From an uncultured virus (IMG/VR IMGVR_UViG_3300026201_000006) (lineage: Duplodnaviria; Heunggongvirae; Uroviricota; Caudoviricetes): DNA of 64,000 nt. The stretch lies in IMG/VR virus record IMGVR_UViG_3300026201_000006, positions 1 through 64,000 of that record; one strand, written 5' to 3'. Of the stretch, positions 58,601-64,000 are shown piece after piece. A model generated the notes under the pieces. That model made no database searches, had not been told where the DNA came from, and worked only from the letters and a program-made list of their open reading frames with translations. The position numbers and the translations under genes were made by a program. Positions within the stretch are counted from its first letter, which is position 1, and the number at the start of each line of letters is the position of its first letter.

Positions 58601-59884
58601 CCAAGTGCTGCTGAAGTACGGGCTCATTTAAGTGCTGGCACGGGTGTTACATATTCAGGTGGTGCAATATCTATTGGACAATCAGTTGCTACCGATGCTG
58701 ATGTAACGTTTGATGATGTAGTTGTTAGTGGTAACCTTACAGTTAATGGTACTACAACAACAGCCGCTTCGACAAACACTGTTATTACTGATAAGTTAAT
58801 CGAACTTGGTAATGGTCAAACTGGTTCACCATCAGGTGATTTAGGTTTAGTATTTGAACGTGGTTCATCAGATAATGCCTTTATCGGATTTGATGAGAGT
58901 GCAGATAAATTTATAGTTGGTACAGGATCATTTACAGGTGCTTCAACCGGTAACTTAACAATTACAACTGGTACTATGGTTGCTAACCTTGAAGGTGCAA
59001 CTGCAAGTCTTACTGGTAATATAACAGTAGGTGGTACGGTTGACGGACGTGATGTTGCTGCAGATGGTACAAAACTAGATGGCATTGAATCTGCTGCAAC
59101 CGCAGACCAAACTGGTGCTGAGATTAAAGCATTATATGAGGCAGAAACCTCAGCCTTTACAGATGCGCAATTTACTAAGCTAGCAAATATCGAAGCTAAT
59201 GCTGATGTAACAGATGCAACAAATGTTAATGCTGCTGGTGCAGTTATGTTATCAGATACAACAACTTCTGGAATGGGATTTGTTGTTGATGAAGATAATA
59301 TGGCGTCAGATTCTGCTACTAAATTAGCAACACAACAATCAATTAAAGCATATGTAGATGCACGTGAAGCTGCAATTACAACTGCATATACTGCCGCTGA
59401 TGCAACACAAGATCATTTATCAGAAATGGGCGGTACATTAGATGATATTGATAATGGTACAACACACGTTAAAAGTACTAATGACTTTACAGATGCTGCA
59501 CTAGCAAAACTAGGTGGTATTGAAGCATTAGCAGATGTCACGGATGCTACAAATGTAGAAGCTGCTGGCGCGGTAATGGAATCAGGTGCTAACGCATCTG
59601 CGAAGATACCTTCAGGAACTACAGCACAGAGAGATGGATCTCCAAGTGCTGGTTTCTTTAGATGGAATACAACAACTTCAAGTGCGGAAATCTATGATGG
59701 AAGTGAGTGGGGATTAGTTGGTGGTGGAAACACTACAGGAAAGGTTATGTGGGAACACAGTTATACAGTTGCAGAAGATTATGAAATAACTTCTGGTAAC
59801 AACGCGTTAACTGCTGGACCAATAACCATTAACTCAGGCTATTCAGTGACGGTCCCTAGCGGATCTACTTGGGTAGTGGTTTAA
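55667..59884 (+). CDS. Long repeat-rich tail fibre with Mtd-like N-terminal domain
   Basis: RRDTAANW...NPTLAAGE.G...K.GDG.TAWNSL; internal repeats. Confidence 0.8.
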   Translation: MAGTIFKIRRDTAANWSSNNPTLAAGEMGLDQTNNFIKMGDGSTAWNSLPQFTQNIENVEDLVGAMVTSNTETFISVTYDDSDGTLDFVVPVLDEDDLSTDSATHLATQQSIKAYVDAQVTAQDLDFQGDSGGALSIDLDSESLTIAGGTGIDTVGSGNSITASIDSTVTTLTGSQTLTNKTLTSPVLNTGISGTAIKDEDDMASDSATHLATQQSIKAYVDAQVDTADALSELADTTITSPADGSMLLYDTGNSVWIDNVMSGDATLADTGAITLATVNSNVGSFGSTTAIPVITVNAKGLITAASTASITTSLTVGADSGSDDTVALATDTLNFTGGTGIDTTVSDNDISIAIDSTVATLTGTQTLTNKTLTNPTIASINGNVTIGGNLTVSGTQTTVSSTTVNVADPMLSLATNNDSADAVDIGFYGLYDTSGSQDLYSGLFRDASDSGKWKLYKDSQAEPTTTVNVSATGHTTGTLVANLEGNVTGDLTGDVTGDVTGNVSGTAATVTGAAQTAITSLGTLTALDVDNININGNTISSTAGTDLNITPLAGQQIVLDGAINVDAGVVTGATSITSTAFVGDLTGDVTGDVTGNADTATTLATARTIAGQSFNGSADITIASTDLSNTSAITLNTASQTLTNKTLTSPVLNTGVSGTAILDEDDMSSDSATQLATQQSIKAYVDSQVTAQDLDFAADSGGSLSIDLDSEALTFTGGTGIDTSGSGNAVTFAIDSTVTTLTGTQTLTNKTLTSPTVTSPVLNTGVSGSAVKDEDDMSSNSATHLATQQSIKAYVDAQTTDETAEGSNNLYYTEERVDDRVSALIVGGTNVTATYDDANNRLTISATTGASGYDLAANDTDDLSEGSANLYFTDERAQDAAGAQIATNGSHTNITATYDDNGDGAIDLSITDAVIRGKVSVTDAGGDGSLAYNNSTGVITYTGPSAAEARAHISVTDSGGDGSLAYNNSTGVITYTGPSAAEVRAHLSAGTGVTYSGGAISIGQSVATDADVTFDDVVVSGNLTVNGTTTTAASTNTVITDKLIELGNGQTGSPSGDLGLVFERGSSDNAFIGFDESADKFIVGTGSFTGASTGNLTITTGTMVANLEGATASLTGNITVGGTVDGRDVAADGTKLDGIESAATADQTGAEIKALYEAETSAFTDAQFTKLANIEANADVTDATNVNAAGAVMLSDTTTSGMGFVVDEDNMASDSATKLATQQSIKAYVDAREAAITTAYTAADATQDHLSEMGGTLDDIDNGTTHVKSTNDFTDAALAKLGGIEALADVTDATNVEAAGAVMESGANASAKIPSGTTAQRDGSPSAGFFRWNTTTSSAEIYDGSEWGLVGGGNTTGKVMWEHSYTVAEDYEITSGNNALTAGPITINSGYSVTVPSGSTWVVV

Positions 59885-59901
59885 TTTTTAGGAGACGATA
59901 A

Positions 59902-62193
59902 ATGTCAAAGATAAAAATTCAGGGTGATTCAGGCGGAACTGGTGTATTTACATTAACTTCTCCTAATTCAAATACTGATAGAACAATAACTCTACCGGAC
60001 GACGCCGGTACGATTGTAACTTCAGCACAATCTGATGCTTCCGGTTATTCTTGGTTAATTGACGAAGATAACATGGCATCTAACCTTGCCACGAAGGTAC
60101 CATCGCAACAATCCGTCAAAGCTTACGTTGATGCACAAATTGGCGCTGAGAATACTCTTGCCGAAGATAACGATGTAAATATCACATCTGCCGCCGATGG
60201 ATCTATGTTGTTATATGACACAGGAACATCAATGTGGATCGACAATGTGATGTCTGGTGATGCTACAATGACAGATGGTGGTGTAATAACACTAGGCGCA
60301 GATGTTATTGATGGTACTCATCTAGCAGATAACGCAGTTAACTCAGAGCATATCACCGCCGGTTCTATCGATACGGCTCATATTGCTGCAGATCAGATTG
60401 TTGCTTCATTGATTGCAGATGATGTTATTAACTCAGAGCATATCGTTGCAGATTCAATTGATGCTGAGCATTTAGCTCCAAACTCTATTAATACTGATGC
60501 TATTATTGATGATGCAGTACGCACAGCACATATTCAAGATGCAAATGTAACATTAGCAAAGATTGCTTCTCAAGCTGCTAACACAGTTATAGTAAGAGAT
60601 GCAAATAGTTCTGGTGTTCTTTCAGCTAAAGCTGTTGCAGATACTCAAATACTAATTGGTGATGGCACTGGATTTACTGCTGCTTCACTAAGTGGTGATG
60701 TAACAATGACTAATGCGGGTGTAACAAACATTAGTGCTGATGTAATTACTGGTGCAGAAATTGCTGATGATTCGATCAATAGTGAACACTATGTTGATGG
60801 TTCAATCGACACGGCTCACATTGCTGCAGATCAAATCACAAACGCTTTGATGGCAGATGATGCAATTGACACAGCTCAGATAGCAGATGGTGCGGTTGAT
60901 ACTGCTCGTCTAGCTGCTGATGCGGTAGATGGAACTAAGATTGCTGATGATTCAATTAACTCAGAGCACTATGTAGATGGTTCAATTGACACTGCACATA
61001 TAGCAGCTGATCAAATTACATCTGCATTGATTGCTGACGCTCAAATTGATAGTGAGCATCTAGTTGCAGGTTCAGTTGATAACTCACACTTAAGTGGTTC
61101 AATTGCTAACGCTAAACTTGCTAACTCAACTATTACTGTAAGTGATGGTTCAAACTCAACAGCCACAGCTCTCGGTGGTACAGTTACTTTCGCCGGAACT
61201 GCCAACGAGGTTACAGTTGCTGAGTCTTCAGGAACAATCACAGTCGGTCTACCAGATAATGTAACAATTGCTGGTAACCTAACAGTATCTGGTACGAACA
61301 CTTCAGTTAGCTCAACAACAATCGAAGTTGCTGATCCACTATTATCACTAGCTACCAACAATGGTTCGGCTGATGCAGTGGATATTGGTCTATACGGATT
61401 GTATGATACATCAGGTTCACAAGACCTTTATGGTGGTATCTTTAGAGATGCTTCTGATTCAGGTAAGTGGAAGATCTTTAAAGACAACCAAGCTGAGCCT
61501 ACTACAACAGTTAATACTTCTGGTACTGGCTATGCAGTTGGTACTTTAGTTGCTAACTTAGAAGGTGATGTTACGGGTGCAGTTACAGGTAATGCTGATA
61601 CAGCAACTTTAGCAACTACTGTTACAATTACTGCAAATAACTCTACTGATGAGACTGTTTATCCAGTATTTGTTGATGGTGCTACAGGTACACAAGGTCT
61701 TGAAAGTGATACTGGATTAGCGTATAATCCTTCATCAGGTAACTTGACAATTGGTGGTACGGTTGACGGACGTGACTTAGCCACTGACGGTAGTAAGCTA
61801 GATGGTATTGAGTCTGGTGCAACAGCTGATCAAACAAACGCTGAGATACGTGCAGCGGTTGAAGCTGCTTCGGATTCAAATGTGTTTACTGACGCTGATC
61901 ATACTAAGCTAGATGGTATAGAAGCTTCTGCTACAGCTGACCAAACTGATGCTGAAATTAGAGCAGCGGTTGAAGCAGCGACGGACAGTAATGTATTCAC
62001 AGATGCAGACCACACTAAACTAAATGGTATTGAAGCTTCTGCAACGGCTGACCAAACAGCTGCAGAAATCTTAACTGCTATTAAGACAGTTGATGGTGCT
62101 TCTTCAGGTTTAGATGCTGACTTACTAGATGGTCAACACGGTTCTCATTACCGTATAGATATCTACAACGCTGCAGGTTCATTACTTAACTAA
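59902..62193 (+). CDS. Repeat-rich tail fibre protein
   Basis: 10-aa His-containing repeats, 37-aa tandem repeats, DADLLDG. Confidence 0.75.
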   Translation: MSKIKIQGDSGGTGVFTLTSPNSNTDRTITLPDDAGTIVTSAQSDASGYSWLIDEDNMASNLATKVPSQQSVKAYVDAQIGAENTLAEDNDVNITSAADGSMLLYDTGTSMWIDNVMSGDATMTDGGVITLGADVIDGTHLADNAVNSEHITAGSIDTAHIAADQIVASLIADDVINSEHIVADSIDAEHLAPNSINTDAIIDDAVRTAHIQDANVTLAKIASQAANTVIVRDANSSGVLSAKAVADTQILIGDGTGFTAASLSGDVTMTNAGVTNISADVITGAEIADDSINSEHYVDGSIDTAHIAADQITNALMADDAIDTAQIADGAVDTARLAADAVDGTKIADDSINSEHYVDGSIDTAHIAADQITSALIADAQIDSEHLVAGSVDNSHLSGSIANAKLANSTITVSDGSNSTATALGGTVTFAGTANEVTVAESSGTITVGLPDNVTIAGNLTVSGTNTSVSSTTIEVADPLLSLATNNGSADAVDIGLYGLYDTSGSQDLYGGIFRDASDSGKWKIFKDNQAEPTTTVNTSGTGYAVGTLVANLEGDVTGAVTGNADTATLATTVTITANNSTDETVYPVFVDGATGTQGLESDTGLAYNPSSGNLTIGGTVDGRDLATDGSKLDGIESGATADQTNAEIRAAVEAASDSNVFTDADHTKLDGIEASATADQTDAEIRAAVEAATDSNVFTDADHTKLNGIEASATADQTAAEILTAIKTVDGASSGLDADLLDGQHGSHYRIDIYNAAGSLLN

Positions 62194-62205
62194 TAAGTAA
62201 AATTC

Positions 62206-62227
62206 TAAGGGCTCTTCGGAGCCCTTA
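62206..62227 (+). terminator. Stable hairpin with cUUCGg tetraloop, overlapping late promoter 62226-62233
   Basis: taagggctc-ttcg-gagccctta. Confidence 0.8.
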
Positions 62228-62238
62228 TAAATATTGTT

Positions 62239-63675
62239 ATGAATTATCCAAGTGAAACTTTTTGTGCTCTTCCATGGGTACACCTCTCAACAAGACCAAA
62301 CGGACACATGCGCGTATGTTGTACAGCTAACGCTTCCGGTGTTCAGAATCCAGACTCTCAAGATAAGATAGAATCAGACATTGGCATTCTAAAGAATGAT
62401 GATGGTATGCCTTCTAATCTTGCCAATACATCATTAGAATCAGCATGGAATAATGCTTATATGAGAGGTACACGTAAAGCAATGATGCGTGGTGAGAAAC
62501 CTAATAGTTGTATTAAGTGTTACAAAGAGGAAGATGCAGGACATAGATCTAAGAGGATGTGGGAGACCACAAAATGGATTAATAAATTAGGTTTAGAGTC
62601 AGTATTAGAAGGTTACGATCCAGAGACTGGTTCAGTACCACCACAAATCCGATACGTGGATCTTCGCCTTGGGTCTAAGTGTCAGTTAGCCTGTGTTATG
62701 TGTTCACCGAACGATTCTTCGGGTTGGATTGTAGAACATAAAAAAATACATCCTAAATTAAAGAATGAAAATTTAGAAAAAACAATGCGTTGGGAGAAGG
62801 AGACAGGTAAGTTAGCCTTCGTAGGTGCAAGTTATGCATGGCATAAAAAGAATCCTATGTTCTTTGATGAACTATACGAACAAATACCTAAACTAAAACA
62901 ATTGTATTGGGCAGGTGGTGAACCACTTGTAATGAAAGAACATTATGAATTATTAGAGCAAATCATTGAAGATGGTTATGCTAGCGAGATTGAAGTGAGA
63001 TATAACTCAAACGGAATGGAGTGGGACGACAACTTGTTCGATTTATGGAAGCATTTTAAGGAAGTTATATTTCATTTCTCTATTGATGATATGGGAGATA
63101 GGTTGCATTATATAAGATATCCTGCAACATTCGACCATCTCACTGAAAAAATGAGGGAGTTAGATAACTATCCTCATGGAAACCTTAGGCTTACAACAGC
63201 TTATACTATACAACTACTCAACATATGGTCTATACCAGATTTCGTTAAATGGAAATTAACAAATAAATGGAAGCTGTTAAATACATGGCCTCAGGGTGGA
63301 GGTATGATTGATAACCATCTGGCATATTGGCCGCCTCAATTAAATTGTAAAGCGTTGCCATTAGATTTTAAGAAGAAGGTTACTGAAAAGTATGAGGCTT
63401 TCTATCCATGGTTAGAAGAGAACTGGGAATTATCTGGTGCACCAACAAAAGAAGCTTTCATGGAAAACAATTATACTATTGATAGACTTAAAGGTATTGC
63501 CTCATTCATGAATGCAGAAGATTGGTCTGTACGATTACCTGAGACTGCTGAATGGTGTTATCGTGTTGCAGAAGAAAGAGGACAAGATTTTAATGCAATC
63601 TTCCCAGAACTATCTTGGCTTCAAGACTATCATAAACCAAACAATGACTTTCCGCTAGTAATTAATACTGTTTAA
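62239..63675 (+). CDS. Radical SAM protein with N-terminal SPASM/twitch-like domain
   Basis: CALPW..VCC, C.KC, CQLACVMC, AGGEP. Confidence 0.9.
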   Translation: MNYPSETFCALPWVHLSTRPNGHMRVCCTANASGVQNPDSQDKIESDIGILKNDDGMPSNLANTSLESAWNNAYMRGTRKAMMRGEKPNSCIKCYKEEDAGHRSKRMWETTKWINKLGLESVLEGYDPETGSVPPQIRYVDLRLGSKCQLACVMCSPNDSSGWIVEHKKIHPKLKNENLEKTMRWEKETGKLAFVGASYAWHKKNPMFFDELYEQIPKLKQLYWAGGEPLVMKEHYELLEQIIEDGYASEIEVRYNSNGMEWDDNLFDLWKHFKEVIFHFSIDDMGDRLHYIRYPATFDHLTEKMRELDNYPHGNLRLTTAYTIQLLNIWSIPDFVKWKLTNKWKLLNTWPQGGGMIDNHLAYWPPQLNCKALPLDFKKKVTEKYEAFYPWLEENWELSGAPTKEAFMENNYTIDRLKGIASFMNAEDWSVRLPETAEWCYRVAEERGQDFNAIFPELSWLQDYHKPNNDFPLVINTV

Positions 63676-64000
63676 AAGCCCAGTATTTCTCTTTACACCA
63701 CCAACATTTCTTACATGGTTTAGTAAAGTTTTTTGTTTCATCTGCCTGGCCTTCACAAGATCTTGTTAAAGGAAATAAACCTTTCATTAAACCTTCCGAT
63801 TCAAAACAACGGGCTACCCAAGCTTTATCATGATTTTGAAATGGTTTTTCAGGATGATATCTTTTTGCACCATCTCTATAAGCAGGTCTATCATCAGTAT
63901 ATAAATCATGTTCTATCATAACAGGTCTAGATGGGTTTTTAGTAACAAATCCGTAACACTCTTTTAATTTGTATTTCTTTTTATTATCATCAAATACTTT
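63662..64000 (-). CDS. Partial QueC-like (PP-loop family) protein, C-terminal part
   Basis: TRSCE...PCKKCWWCKEK; the frame stays open to the window edge. Confidence 0.55.
   Translation of the reverse strand, partial: KVFDDNKKKYKLKECYGFVTKNPSRPVMIEHDLYTDDRPAYRDGAKRYHPEKPFQNHDKAWVARCFESEGLMKGLFPLTRSCEGQADETKNFTKPCKKCWWCKEKYWAFKQY

Noticed and set aside
48595..61361. Long minus-strand ORFs (217, 202, 106 aa and others)
   Set aside because: They are antisense shadows of Thr/Gly/Asp-rich fibre genes caused by codon bias.
55667..62193. Diversity-generating retroelement suggested by the Mtd-like N-terminus
   Set aside because: No reverse transcriptase is in the window, and repeat differences look synonymous rather than adenine-specific.

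Overview
This window is an AT-rich segment of a T4-like (Tevenvirinae-style) myophage genome, probably marine and infecting a proteobacterium (inferred). In order it holds: (1) the tail end of a likely thymine-hypermodification cluster (aGPT-Pplase-like, PLP enzyme, SGNH-like protein), then uvsX, 41 and dCMP deaminase; (2) a late-promoter cluster of proteins with T4 capsid-targeting-like N-termini, including a P-loop kinase, a ligase-fold protein and a HIGH nucleotidyltransferase; (3) nrdA and nrdB, separated by a cassette with a circularly permuted two-piece tmRNA gene, iscA and a DenV-like glycosylase; (4) nrdC, rnh, an exonuclease, small accessory genes, a porin and 33-59-32; (5) a minus-strand block 4-2-54-26/51-29, with a likely -1 programmed frameshift joining 26 to 51; (6) the baseplate operon (48, 53, hub, 5, 25, 6, 7, 8, large DUF4815-like protein); (7) modular repeat-rich tail fibres interrupted by a glycosyltransferase/2OG-oxygenase island; (8) a radical SAM gene and a partial QueC-like gene. 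All calls come from motif recognition and gene order; no database searches were run.
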